Notes under the pieces: model-generated | Told to the model about the DNA's origin: nothing | The model's database searches: none | Seen by the model: the letters and a program-made list of their open reading frames with translations, nothing else | Shown here: piece by piece, positions 1 to 9,513 of the stretch | Layout of the letters: every line of letters begins with the position of its first letter | Position numbering within the stretch: position 1 is the first letter of the stretch | Made by a program: the position numbers and the translations under genes | Virus record (IMG/VR): IMGVR_UViG_3300042508_000526 | Source: a virus | Taxonomy: Duplodnaviria > Caudoviricetes | Strand: one strand, 5' to 3' | DNA length: 64,000 nt

Positions 1-36
1 TAATCTTTTTTTTCGTCCACTTGTCCCAAAACGACA

Positions 37-369
37 TCACTTACCTTTCAACTGCGCCAGCTTTGACACTGACGAATTAATATCATCTTGCGTCTGCGTG
101 GTTTTGCCAAGCGTGACATCCTGTGTTTTTTGCATGCTGGACGTGTTAATCTCGCCCACGTACTTGCCGGCGTTGATTTCTATTTTAGCTTTTTCAGCCG
201 CAGGATTGTCGCGGAGCGCCGCCCGTAACGTATTGGCCGCGGGCGCCACGTTCTCAGCGCGCTGAACTAGCGTAACGTACAGTAAATTCAGCCGCCCGGT
301 CAGATAGCCCAGCGCAAACCCGGTAAAGAGCAGCACCAATGCGTTGGTATACAGCGAATACAATTCCAT
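37..369 (-). CDS. hypothetical membrane-anchored protein
   Basis: ORF track 37..468; likely start at MELYSL (369); N-terminal hydrophobic helix. Confidence 0.6.
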   Translation of the reverse strand: MELYSLYTNALVLLFTGFALGYLTGRLNLLYVTLVQRAENVAPAANTLRAALRDNPAAEKAKIEINAGKYVGEINTSSMQKTQDVTLGKTTQTQDDINSSVSKLAQLKGK

Positions 370-377
370 GACTTTGC

Positions 378-815
378 TCACTGTGCGTCCTGATCTGCAA
401 ATGTTTTGGGCTGCCACACAGTATACGGGTTTACGGCCTTGGGCGTGAAGATCGGCAGCGTCTCGCACACATCGAACTGGTCTTCGAGTTTTTTAAACAC
501 TTTTGGATCAGTCGCGCCGACGCCCTCTGGCAAATCGTCAATCCAGATGTCTATCTTGTAGCCCAGCTGCTGCGTTTTTTCGCGCTTTGGAGAGTGGTTG
601 CAGAAGATACACGCGCTGAGCAGTTTGTACGTCTCCTCGCCAAAGACCTGCGCCAACTGCAGACGATTAGCCGTCGAGTCCGTGCGGCCAGTCACGCACA
701 ACACACGATGCCCACGGGCTGTAAATAACTTAATCGCCATGCGCCACATATCGACGTCGCTGGTGAACGTGCGATCGAAGTCGATGGCGATTGTGGTCGT
801 GCGGTATGGGTTCAT
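378..815 (-). CDS. HAD-superfamily hydrolase-like protein
   Basis: IAIDFDRTF (DxDxT), VTGR and WIDD motifs. Confidence 0.75.
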   Translation of the reverse strand: MNPYRTTTIAIDFDRTFTSDVDMWRMAIKLFTARGHRVLCVTGRTDSTANRLQLAQVFGEETYKLLSACIFCNHSPKREKTQQLGYKIDIWIDDLPEGVGATDPKVFKKLEDQFDVCETLPIFTPKAVNPYTVWQPKTFADQDAQ

Positions 816-1279
816 GCTGTCTTGAGCACGTGCCACGCGTTGGCCCATTTGCTGGCGCGATCAAACGTGATCCAGTGCCGGCGGAAATCCAACTCAGCCG
901 CGGGCACAATAAAAAACCGCTTGAGCCGCACGTGTACAAAAATAAACACGTCTACGTCAGTGGGCCGATACGCCCGCCGTTTGGTCATAGCCGCTGAACC
1001 ACGCCGCGTCTTGCACGCCTTGCTTTTGCATAGCGAAAACCGTGTGGAATCCGGTCGCGCGGTATTAATCGTCGTGGTCGCTTTAACTTGAATGCGTTTC
1101 ACCACATCGTCATAGCCAGATACGAGATCGTACCCGATGTCGATCAGCGGCACGCACGGCACGATCTTATGCCGTAACAACTTTGCAATCGCCAGCGAAA
1201 CGCCTTCGGCGCCGATGGCAATCGCGTTTGGCCATGTTTCTTCTTGTATTCGCACGGGCAAACAACTCCTTTTGTTCAC
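812..1279 (-). CDS. PD-(D/E)XK endonuclease
   Basis: GAEG...GYDLV...RIQVKAT and DVDVFIFV pattern. Confidence 0.7.
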   Translation of the reverse strand: MNKRSCLPVRIQEETWPNAIAIGAEGVSLAIAKLLRHKIVPCVPLIDIGYDLVSGYDDVVKRIQVKATTTINTARPDSTRFSLCKSKACKTRRGSAAMTKRRAYRPTDVDVFIFVHVRLKRFFIVPAAELDFRRHWITFDRASKWANAWHVLKTA

Positions 1280-1584
1280 TCGTCAAAAAAGTCATCGGAC
1301 AAGATTTTTCCGCCAGAACCAATCCACGCCAGCGTGACAAGAAAACCGAGCCCCGCCGCGACGGCGCCAGCGATTTTGCCGCAAAGTATCGCGACCGTCA
1401 GAATTGCTTGCCAGTTCTGCTCGTTAGCCGCAAACGGCAAAGCGTGCCAGATTACAACACCGATAAACCAAAACATTAGCGTGCGCAGGAATAAACGTTC
1501 CAAAAAACGCTCTCGCGCCCACTCACGATCGAGCCGCTGTCGTGTTTCTTCGTCAATCGCCACGGCTCGACTCCAGCGCGGCAA
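1276..1584 (-). CDS. hypothetical membrane protein
   Basis: two hydrophobic helices; overlaps neighbours by a few bases in a packed operon. Confidence 0.6.
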   Translation of the reverse strand: MPRWSRAVAIDEETRQRLDREWARERFLERLFLRTLMFWFIGVVIWHALPFAANEQNWQAILTVAILCGKIAGAVAAGLGFLVTLAWIGSGGKILSDDFFDE

Positions 1585-1891
1585 TGCGGTCTTTTAACTT
1601 GTCGTTCTCTGTCCGTAACGCCTGCACGTTTGCAGCCGACGTCACAGTTAAATTCGCGAGCGTGGCTTGCAGCTCTGTAATTTGTGCATCTAGTCCGGGC
1701 GTTGAGACTGGCTGCACCGCAGGAGGCGGCGTAAACCGCGGCGCTGCGTTTGCCAGCATTTGCGTTAAATCAGCCACGTGGAGCACGAGCCGGTCTAACT
1801 CGTCGGCGGCAGCGGTGTTGAGCCGCGCATCGACTAATCCTGTCGCGTCGCGGAGCGCCTGACTGAGGGGATGTAGCATCGGATGTTCCAT
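1553..1891 (-). CDS. hypothetical coiled-coil protein
   Basis: C-terminal heptads (ITELQATLANL...LRTENDKLKDRIAALE); start uncertain. Confidence 0.55.
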   Translation of the reverse strand: MEHPMLHPLSQALRDATGLVDARLNTAAADELDRLVLHVADLTQMLANAAPRFTPPPAVQPVSTPGLDAQITELQATLANLTVTSAANVQALRTENDKLKDRIAALESSRGD

Positions 1892-2151
1892 AAAGTGCGG
1901 GCTGGATACTGGCAACAAAGCCGCTCGTGCTCTGTTTGTGCTCGTATGACGTAGGGGCGAAGGAGGCGCTTGGACACGTTTAAAACCCAGCCACCAGTAT
2001 CCGGCACCACGGCTATCCAAGTGTGGTGCGAACGCTGTTGGGACAGACAACGTTCTGCGGCGTCACTGCCTGACCGGCGCTGTGTAAGTGGGAGTGCCTT
2101 ACACGCGGCCAATATCAAACCACCATGCCGCAACTTTCCCGCACAAGACGT

Positions 2152-2685
2152 TCACCTATCCATAATGTTTAGTTTACGCAGCTGACGTTTGTCAACATCA
2201 GCCAGAATTCTTTGAATGTGTTGCGCGTCTTCATAACTGTCTTGCAGTTGATTTTCGTAAAACACTTCGAGGTACTTGGCGGCCACTTGATCGTCTAGCG
2301 ATCCGGCCTGCTCAATCCGCTTGGCGTAATTAACAACTACTTGGCGCTCCAGCGTATGCGCCTCAATCAGAATGTCTTCCACGCGCGTATAAGTCGCAAA
2401 CGTGTGCCCGCCCGCTGCCGGCAAGACAAAGTTAAAGCCATGCAGGCAGTCGAGAAACTGCTGCACGTGCTCCAGCTCTCCCTTGGCCGCGTCGGTCAGG
2501 AACTCCTTGTATTCCTCGGCGTGCAGGCCTGTGACAGCGCTGGAGTGATACAAGTAAAACGCGAGATGGGTCCACTCGTTCTGCAGGTCCGCGTTCATCA
2601 GGGTTAAGAACTGCGGCAGCGTAAAACGGCCGGGTTCGCCTTCAGGACCGGGCAGCCCCGGATCGTCGATGTGTTCGTTTGTCAT
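2152..2685 (-). CDS. ferritin-like (bacterioferritin/Dps-type) di-iron protein
   Basis: LNADLQNEW, AKGELEH, AHTLERQVVVNY, SYEDAQH four-helix carboxylate/His pattern. Confidence 0.75.
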   Translation of the reverse strand: MTNEHIDDPGLPGPEGEPGRFTLPQFLTLMNADLQNEWTHLAFYLYHSSAVTGLHAEEYKEFLTDAAKGELEHVQQFLDCLHGFNFVLPAAGGHTFATYTRVEDILIEAHTLERQVVVNYAKRIEQAGSLDDQVAAKYLEVFYENQLQDSYEDAQHIQRILADVDKRQLRKLNIMDR

Positions 2686-2686
2686 A

Positions 2687-3316
2687 TCAACTGCTCCTAC
2701 CTTCTGGGAAATGGGTTAACTGCAACGCGTGTAGCTCAGCCGCACTCGCCGGCGGAGCTATTATGTCCTTGACTGCTAAATTCCAGCAATCCTCTTTGAA
2801 ACACCAGCCGTTGTGACTTGTCGGATCAAGCTCGCCCTTTAGATATTTTTGCGCCGAGCTAAAAAACAGTGGCTTGGGCATAAAGCCAAGAATCCACGCT
2901 TTTTCGCACAGGTGATGCACGCGCACGAAACAATACCAGTCGCAATCTTGGTGAATGTTTTTGTCGCACACGGTTACGAAATAGTGTGCCTGCGGCGGCT
3001 TGGGATATGTCTGCGACTTTGTTTTTACGTCAATGCGGCCGTGCGCTGTATTAATCAGCCGCAGATCCCAGTGATAGGGATTGTCGGCCGGCGTGCGCTC
3101 AAACTGCCCCGGATAGTAGTCGTACAGCACCTCTTCGCCGAGCATGCCGATAAAGTCACCGGAGCCGCTCCGAATCGAGTTTTTTAGGTGTGACCGCCCA
3201 CGCCGCTGCAGCATGTGCTTGAACTCATCGTCGCGAGCCAGTGCGCGCTCCAGCTGATCGGAGGTAACAGCCACCTCGATCAGCCCGGTATTGGGCTCGA
3301 CGCCGCAAACGTCCAT
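2687..3316 (-). CDS. putative PD-(D/E)XK-fold nuclease
   Basis: LGEE...WDLRL...RIDVKTK motif spacing. Confidence 0.55.
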   Translation of the reverse strand: MDVCGVEPNTGLIEVAVTSDQLERALARDDEFKHMLQRRGRSHLKNSIRSGSGDFIGMLGEEVLYDYYPGQFERTPADNPYHWDLRLINTAHGRIDVKTKSQTYPKPPQAHYFVTVCDKNIHQDCDWYCFVRVHHLCEKAWILGFMPKPLFFSSAQKYLKGELDPTSHNGWCFKEDCWNLAVKDIIAPPASAAELHALQLTHFPEGRSS

Positions 3317-3331
3317 GTCGCACTCCTGTAA

Positions 3332-4084
3332 TTAAGCCACATACGGTTCTAGGACAGCCGGGTCGAACTCCGCGTCGTAATACCGTTTGTCGTGGTGATC
3401 AAAGGCCGCGTCGCGCATAACACACCACTCCAGCCGGGGCCATGTCAGCTCTGATACTTCTGCCCATTCGCTGTACTGATAGCCGTGCATGAGAAACAAG
3501 CACGTAAGAAACACGTCCGGCGCGTAGTACACGTTGTCGTCGAGAATGTTCAGCAGGCGCATGTCCGTGCCGCGACGACAACAATCCAGAAACAACTCAC
3601 GACTAAAGCAGCCGCCACCACACAGACCGTAGCAGTACTGTTTTGTCGTGCCGTGAATCAAATTGAAATACTTGTTCAACTGCGCGGATACGGGATTTGA
3701 CCGGGCGCCAGCGCATGCGGTCGGCGGAAATTGCAGCGCGCGACGTTTAGTCATCACGTCTTCTTCGAGCAGCACCACCCAGTCGCTTGTGACTGTCTCG
3801 CAGTGGGTCCGCATGCGATTTAGATATGTGTCCGCCGCAGCTTTGCCCGTGAAATAGCCGCCGGGAGCCACCTGCTCAGCAGCATGCGTATAGCGCAGGT
3901 TGAACTTCCGGGCAAAAGCCGAGAAGTCCTGCCCATTGTCTGACACAAAAGAAATGTCAGCCTCGGGGTAATGCGCGCGAAACGAGCTGAGCGCCTCGTA
4001 TACCGCGCGCGGCCGGGCATAACATTGCATGAAAGCCGACAGCGTCATGCCGCAAAGTGTAACCGCGCTTATTATCGCTGGCAA
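3332..4084 (-). CDS. glycosyltransferase (GT-A/GT2-like)
   Basis: FVSDNG and DWVVLLEEDV (DxD-like) motifs. Confidence 0.65.
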   Translation of the reverse strand: MPAIISAVTLCGMTLSAFMQCYARPRAVYEALSSFRAHYPEADISFVSDNGQDFSAFARKFNLRYTHAAEQVAPGGYFTGKAAADTYLNRMRTHCETVTSDWVVLLEEDVMTKRRALQFPPTACAGARSNPVSAQLNKYFNLIHGTTKQYCYGLCGGGCFSRELFLDCCRRGTDMRLLNILDDNVYYAPDVFLTCLFLMHGYQYSEWAEVSELTWPRLEWCVMRDAAFDHHDKRYYDAEFDPAVLEPYVA

Positions 4085-4091
4085 TACACTT

Positions 4092-4796
4092 TTACAGTTT
4101 TTTGAGCACCGCGCTTACGATGGGATGGCGTACAACGTCACTATGGGCAAAATGCACAGTATCAATACCCGCCACACCTTTTAACTTCTGCACAACTTCG
4201 TTTATTGGCGGAGGTGAAAACGGTAAATCACTCTGATGCGGGTCGCCGGTAATAACCATCTGCGTGTTCTGCCCAAAACGCGACAACAACAGTTTGAGCT
4301 GCATATACGTCGCATTCTGGGCTTCGTCAAATACAACGACTGAATCGTTAAACGTACGGCCGCGCATATAACACAGCGGCGCCAACACGATGGCTTTATT
4401 TACAAATTCGCGCTTGGGATTAAATTTGCCCAGCAGCGTGTCCATCGTGTCGTACAGCGGTTGCATGTACGGATTGACTTTTTCGCCAAATGAGCCGGGA
4501 AGATAGCCGAGTTTTTCACCGGCATCAACGATCGGCCGCGTAAGAATGATCTGGCTTTTGCGCTTGGCGAGGATCTCATTGATCGCATACGCCATCGCCA
4601 AAAAAGTCTTGCCAGACCCCGCTGACCCAAGCAGAAATGTGACGTGGTTATCCAGTAACGTTTGCCACGCGCGTTTTTGACTGTCGGTGCGCCATTCGAT
4701 TTCACACGGCGCTAATGCGACTTTTGCCCGCTCCTGTTGATCTTGTTTTTTCTTTGCCTTTTTCTCCGCTCTGTTAGACGAGCGCGATGTAGCCAT
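4092..4796 (-). CDS. phoH: PhoH-family ATPase
   Basis: GSAGSGKT Walker A, LTRP, GYLPG, YMRGRT, DEAQN, GDPHQSD. Confidence 0.95.
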   Translation of the reverse strand: MATSRSSNRAEKKAKKKQDQQERAKVALAPCEIEWRTDSQKRAWQTLLDNHVTFLLGSAGSGKTFLAMAYAINEILAKRKSQIILTRPIVDAGEKLGYLPGSFGEKVNPYMQPLYDTMDTLLGKFNPKREFVNKAIVLAPLCYMRGRTFNDSVVVFDEAQNATYMQLKLLLSRFGQNTQMVITGDPHQSDLPFSPPPINEVVQKLKGVAGIDTVHFAHSDVVRHPIVSAVLKKL

Positions 4797-4820
4797 ACAA
4801 TCCTACCTTCCTTGGTGTGG

Positions 4821-4848
4821 ATCTAGCGGCCGATGTTTTGTTATTTAG
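4821..4848 (-). promoter_or_regulatory. near-match to the phage promoter motif (CTAAAT-N17-TAGAT)
   Basis: 25 nt upstream of phoH; one mismatch in the -10 box. Confidence 0.45.
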
Positions 4849-4854
4849 ACGCGA

Positions 4855-7068
4855 TCAATTCCCCCACTTAATCGGAGACTGAAGTTGGGGCATACCCTTC
4901 GGCATCATGCCGCCCAGCTGCGACGCGCCGTAGATACCAGCTGCCGCCGTCGGAACTGCGGTGTACGGGCTCTTGGCGGCCATGGAGAGCGCTTTGCCAG
5001 CCATGTTGACGCCACTGCCGAGTCCTTGCGCCACGGCACCTGCGCCGCCGACCATACCTTGCGCCAGCGGAGCCACGCCACGGGCAATGTTCATACCAGC
5101 TTGGCCAGCGCTTTGTAATCCGCGGGCAATGTTCTGCCCTGCGCTATAGGCACGCGAAGCGCCTTCCGACACGCCGCCAACAACGCGCTGACCCAACGAC
5201 TGCGGAATATCTGCGCCGCCGCGACCAGCCATGGCGGGGTTATACGGCGCGTTCCAACCCGGCGGATCAGGCAGCGGCGGACGACCAGCCGCACCAGCAG
5301 TCGCAGCGGGACGAGGCGCAGCAGCCGCGGCCGGGCGAGCAGCACCAGCGCCAGCCTGCGCACCACCAGCCGGAGCAGCAGCCGGAGCGACACGATACTG
5401 CCGCGTCATGCCCGGATACTGCACAGTGGCCATACCGTCAGCAACGTTTTGCACCGTGCCCGAGCCGTAACGATTGTGCTGCAACGTCTTCCCAGCCTGA
5501 ATGTTCGACGGCAGCACTGTGCGGCCCTGTGTCATCGGCGCCGCTTTCTGCGCCATCTGCGCCGCGTTATCAGCAGCGCCGGCGACGGCACCCGTAGCTT
5601 TCTGCGCAACGTTATCAGCGGCACCCGCGACAGCACGACCAGCGCCTTGCGCGACACGACCGACAAGCTTGCCCAGAAACGCAGCTTTTTCGGCGCTGCT
5701 CTGTTGCGCGTTAGTCGCATCAGTCGGCACGGGGCAGCATGTTTCACGCTGCTTGTCGTCCACGAGGCGCTGACTTCCGCGGCTAGACGGCGTGTCGTTC
5801 ATCGTGGTCTTGCCCTGTCCCGCCACACCAGCTTTCTTGACTTCTTTCTTTTTCTTCTTGCCCACAGGCCGGCACGAGTCGTTGCTGTAGGGCTTCTTGC
5901 CCGGAACCGGCTCATAGCCTTCCCAGCAGCGCGCCATCTTGTAGGCAAACGCCGCGCCAGCTTTTACAGCCGATGTGCTGTTCGCCTGTAGTTGTGGCAT
6001 CAGTCGTTCGATCGCGTCTTGGTTGTTTGTTAGAAAGTCGTACATGCCGCGTGCCTGTTGTGAACTCATGTTAGGATCACGACCCATCAGCGCCGTAGTA
6101 CCGAACTCCGGGCTCAGGCCGCGCAATGTATTCATCTGCGAGCGAATATCGCCACCACCGCCACCGGCCAGCCCGTAGAGCGCATTCGCACCCTGACCAA
6201 CCAGCCGACGCGGGCCATCGCCAAACATGCCGGCTCCAGCAGCACCTAAGCCAGCCGCGCCGAGACCAAGCGCGCCGAGCGTGCCGCCCAGTGCACCTTG
6301 ACCGCGACCACCCATAAACGCGCCAGCAAGCGCCAGCGGAACACCAGCGCCAATTGCGTACCGAGCTTCAATCGGCAGGCTGTTCCACGCGCCCATCAGA
6401 CCACCACCGCCAGCCGGTTGGCCGCTTTGGGTGTCCATGCTGTGCTGCATACCCGACGCCATCTGCGTCTGCTGATTAATACCAGCCGCCGAGGGTTCGT
6501 CGCCACTGCCGATAAGCCCAGTCGCCCGGGCTCCGCCGTACAGCGTACCGCCGCCAACGGCTAAGTTCAGCGGGTTGAGCTTGTCGCCGACGGGGCTTGT
6601 ACCGAAGGCGCGGCCAGCTTCTGTTTGAATGGGGCGCACTACCTTGTCGCCGAGCTTGTTGCCGGCCGGCGCTGCTTTGCCCGGCCCGCTCATGGCCCAT
6701 CGGCCGGCGTCATCGGCTGTGTTCAGTAGATTACGCGCGGTGTTGGTCGTAAACTGCCCAACGCTACCTACACCCTCGCCGACCGATCGCGCGGCGCCTA
6801 CTACGCGGTCTTTCGCGCCCTGCACAAACTTGTTGCCGCCGACGCGCGACGCCACATCGTCCATCACGCCTTTCGCCTGCGTCGCGTACGGCGTGGCTTT
6901 CTGCACGACGTTATCAACCATGGGCGCGGCTTTTTCGACAGCTTTCGTCGCGGCGCCACGGATCGCCGGGATGGCGCGCGTCGTGGCGTAATTAACAAAC
7001 TTGCCCAGATACGCGTCTTTTTCCATTGCTTCGCGGGCAGCAGCGCCGAATGCTTGTACGTCGTTCAT
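4855..7068 (-). CDS. Gly/Ala-rich putative virion internal/ejection protein with FG...KxA leader
   Basis: MNDVQAFGAAAREAMEKDA leader; internal EKAAFLG, KMARCWEGY; GxxxG hydrophobic segments. Confidence 0.7.
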   Translation of the reverse strand: MNDVQAFGAAAREAMEKDAYLGKFVNYATTRAIPAIRGAATKAVEKAAPMVDNVVQKATPYATQAKGVMDDVASRVGGNKFVQGAKDRVVGAARSVGEGVGSVGQFTTNTARNLLNTADDAGRWAMSGPGKAAPAGNKLGDKVVRPIQTEAGRAFGTSPVGDKLNPLNLAVGGGTLYGGARATGLIGSGDEPSAAGINQQTQMASGMQHSMDTQSGQPAGGGGLMGAWNSLPIEARYAIGAGVPLALAGAFMGGRGQGALGGTLGALGLGAAGLGAAGAGMFGDGPRRLVGQGANALYGLAGGGGGDIRSQMNTLRGLSPEFGTTALMGRDPNMSSQQARGMYDFLTNNQDAIERLMPQLQANSTSAVKAGAAFAYKMARCWEGYEPVPGKKPYSNDSCRPVGKKKKKEVKKAGVAGQGKTTMNDTPSSRGSQRLVDDKQRETCCPVPTDATNAQQSSAEKAAFLGKLVGRVAQGAGRAVAGAADNVAQKATGAVAGAADNAAQMAQKAAPMTQGRTVLPSNIQAGKTLQHNRYGSGTVQNVADGMATVQYPGMTRQYRVAPAAAPAGGAQAGAGAARPAAAAAPRPAATAGAAGRPPLPDPPGWNAPYNPAMAGRGGADIPQSLGQRVVGGVSEGASRAYSAGQNIARGLQSAGQAGMNIARGVAPLAQGMVGGAGAVAQGLGSGVNMAGKALSMAAKSPYTAVPTAAAGIYGASQLGGMMPKGMPQLQSPIKWGN

Positions 7069-7228
7069 GGTTTGTCTTCCGTTTTGTTATCTAGTGGTTT
7101 GGGTTGTGGTTTTGAGTAATCGCAGCGGCCGCCTTCACAGCACGTCTCGATGATGATGTGGCAAAAGGGGCAGACAGCTTTCCCGCGTATCTCCACCGAC
7201 GGGCTTTCGCACACCGGGCAGACACTCA

Positions 7229-7861
7229 TCACCAATTGACCTCAATGGGATTACGCGTCTTGTAGCTGAAGTCCAGATCGACGGGTGAGCGGAGTTTAAC
7301 GTTAGGTAGCGGCAGCTTCGGCGCCACGGCCGCAGTTCCGCCCAGCAAACCAGCTGCTGCCAGCGTCGGCACACCGTACGATGTTTGCGACAGCGCATTA
7401 AGCCCGCGGCCAGCAGCTTGTAAACCTTCGCCGGCCATGTTGGTAGCGTGACCGACGCCACGGACAGCGCTGCCGCTGAGACGCGAGCCGTGGCCAACCA
7501 TGCCATACAGATCTCGCAGCCAACGGGGATTTGTTCCCGGCACAGAATCAATCATCTTCTTGCCGCCCGTCTGCATGCCGCGGCCCAGACCCAAGAACAA
7601 TCCGCCAAGACCTGTTGAGTTGCCAAGGCTTGTACCGGTTGTGGGCGAAAACGATGTGCGGGCTTTCGTGCCGACCATCTTGCCGATACCTTCGGTCAGG
7701 CCGCCAAAACCTTTCACGATGTGCTGCGAGCCGCGATCGAGCGTCTTCGCGCCGGAAGCAACGCCGCGCAACGCATTCATGATGCGCCCACCCACACTGG
7801 TAGGATTAATCGCGGCCTTTTCCATTTCACCGACGGCTAAGCCAAATTCATACGGATTCAT
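7229..7861 (-). CDS. Gly-rich protein with FG...KxA leader
   Basis: MNPYEFGLAVGEMEKAA; GGAG RBS upstream. Confidence 0.75.
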   Translation of the reverse strand: MNPYEFGLAVGEMEKAAINPTSVGGRIMNALRGVASGAKTLDRGSQHIVKGFGGLTEGIGKMVGTKARTSFSPTTGTSLGNSTGLGGLFLGLGRGMQTGGKKMIDSVPGTNPRWLRDLYGMVGHGSRLSGSAVRGVGHATNMAGEGLQAAGRGLNALSQTSYGVPTLAAAGLLGGTAAVAPKLPLPNVKLRSPVDLDFSYKTRNPIEVNW

Positions 7862-7871
7862 GTATCACTCC

Positions 7872-8582
7872 TCAAAAGTTTGCGATCGGTTGCGGCCGGA
7901 ACGCTGTCGGCGCCATCGGCCTGTTTAAGTTTGGCACTTGCGGGGCTGGCGTCGCCGGAAGCGCCTCTGCCGTAGCAGCAGCGGCGTTATGGGGCGCACC
8001 ACCCGAGCCGTTTAATACCATCGGGCCAGCGATCGTGGCCGTCGTGGCCGGATTGCGAATAGCAGCGTCGATTGTTGAACGGACCGGAGCAGCCTTGGTG
8101 ATTGCGCCATATTGCTGCGGCACGATCTTCTGCAGACCCTTGGTGACAGCCTGCTGGCCCTGCGTGGCTGCCCGACCGCCAGCCTGCACGAACTTCTGCG
8201 CGGCCACACCGCCTTGTCGCAACGCTTGGTTGCCGACAGCTTTGCCAGTGGCGCTCAAGCCCTTGCCGATTGTTTTGCCAACCGCGCCACCCACACCGGG
8301 CAAGAAGCTCAGCGCGGTCATGCCCGCAGCGCCAAGCGCGCTTCCAAAACGACCGTTGTACAGATGTCGCGCCATGTCGTTCACACCGGTTGCGACGCCC
8401 GTAAACGGATTCGAGTACAGCGCGATGTCTTGTGCTAAGCCGCGCTGTGTGGGGTCGAGCTGATTCAGGCCGAGCGCCGGCCCGCTGCCTAGCGCGATTT
8501 CGCCCGCAACTTGTCCGACGTCACCCCAGCTGGCGCGCTTTGTGTACGTACCGACGGCGTAACCAAACTCGTACGGCTGCAT
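7872..8582 (-). CDS. Gly/Ala-rich protein with FG...KxA leader
   Basis: likely start MQPYEFGYAVGTYTKRA; glycine-zipper segment GSALGAAGMTALSFLPGVGG. Confidence 0.75.
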   Translation of the reverse strand: MQPYEFGYAVGTYTKRASWGDVGQVAGEIALGSGPALGLNQLDPTQRGLAQDIALYSNPFTGVATGVNDMARHLYNGRFGSALGAAGMTALSFLPGVGGAVGKTIGKGLSATGKAVGNQALRQGGVAAQKFVQAGGRAATQGQQAVTKGLQKIVPQQYGAITKAAPVRSTIDAAIRNPATTATIAGPMVLNGSGGAPHNAAAATAEALPATPAPQVPNLNRPMAPTAFRPQPIANF

Positions 8583-8589
8583 AGTAAGC

Positions 8590-8967
8590 TCACTTTTTGT
8601 ACTGCTGGCATTTACGCACCAGCATCTTTGCGCGGAAGCTTCTGGCCATCTTGCGAACGTCCTTATTGTAACAATGATAACTAAAAAAGTGCCCAAACAT
8701 GAAGTGGCAGGGCGTATCGCAGAGTGTAATCAGGTTATTTTCCGTTAATTCCAGCTCCGGCGCAATGCTCACTGGAAAAATATGGTGCACGATAACATTG
8801 GCCGTGCGCCCGCAGACTTCACAGGCGGGATGCGCTTTTAAATGCGCGGCGCGAACTTTCTTCCACGCCAAAGCACGTTCGCGATACGCCAGAATATGTC
8901 GCGGGCGTAACCATAGAGGAAGCCACGTGATGCAAAACTGCCAGAATCGCGACAAGAAGTTTTGCAT
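8590..8967 (-). CDS. HNH endonuclease
   Basis: CEVCG...VHHIFP...NLITLC...CH. Confidence 0.85.
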   Translation of the reverse strand: MQNFLSRFWQFCITWLPLWLRPRHILAYRERALAWKKVRAAHLKAHPACEVCGRTANVIVHHIFPVSIAPELELTENNLITLCDTPCHFMFGHFFSYHCYNKDVRKMARSFRAKMLVRKCQQYKK

Positions 8968-9086
8968 GAGGCCACCTGCGTACTGCCGGCTGTGTGTCGC
9001 GGCAGATAGGGGCAATTAATACATCGCCGGCCGCAACATTGTTTTCTCGATAACAAAAACTCCCGCGACAGTGGTTCCGGCGTCAT
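8838..9086 (-). CDS. small Cys-rich protein (DUF5522-like)
   Basis: LLSRKQCCGRRCINCPY; the C-terminus overlaps the HNH gene. Confidence 0.45.
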   Translation of the reverse strand: MTPEPLSREFLLSRKQCCGRRCINCPYLPRHTAGSTQVASCKTSCRDSGSFASRGFLYGYARDIFWRIANVLWRGRKFAPRI

Positions 9087-9436
9087 AGCACAGTAGCGTG
9101 CTGCGTAAATAACTTCTCGTACACGACGTAGATTTCAGCATACGCTACACCCCACGCAGCGTCGTGCGCTAACTTATTAAAATCCTCGTCGGTGACCGCG
9201 GCATCGAGGCGATGGTTCCACGCCCTCGCGTGTGCCCACTCATGGAGCAGCACATCCATGGCCCGGGACTCATCCAGACTCTTGTCAATCTGAATGTGAA
9301 AGCGCTTGCCGTGTTTCCAGCAGCGACCCTCTAACTTAGAAAGCTTGACCCGGCGAACTGTCACCGGAAAAGCAGCCGGACTGAGCTTTTTCAGCGTCCG
9401 GAGGAGGGCCTGATAATATTTAAACTGAGCCGCCAT
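9083..9436 (-). CDS. zincin-type metallopeptidase (SprT-like)
   Basis: VLLHEWAHA HExxH; GGAGG RBS before MAAQFK. Confidence 0.7.
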   Translation of the reverse strand: MAAQFKYYQALLRTLKKLSPAAFPVTVRRVKLSKLEGRCWKHGKRFHIQIDKSLDESRAMDVLLHEWAHARAWNHRLDAAVTDEDFNKLAHDAAWGVAYAEIYVVYEKLFTQHATVL

Positions 9437-9513
9437 GCTCCATCCTCCTGAAGGGCGTCCTTGCCACATCAGGCCGATTATACCGGGCGGCGCAACGTTT
9501 GCCTGCACGCTTT

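Noticed and set aside
1834-2133. 99-aa ORF between the ferritin-like gene and 1553..1891
   Set aside because: No motif or RBS and it overlaps the downstream gene; cannot be supported, though a small gene here is not excluded.
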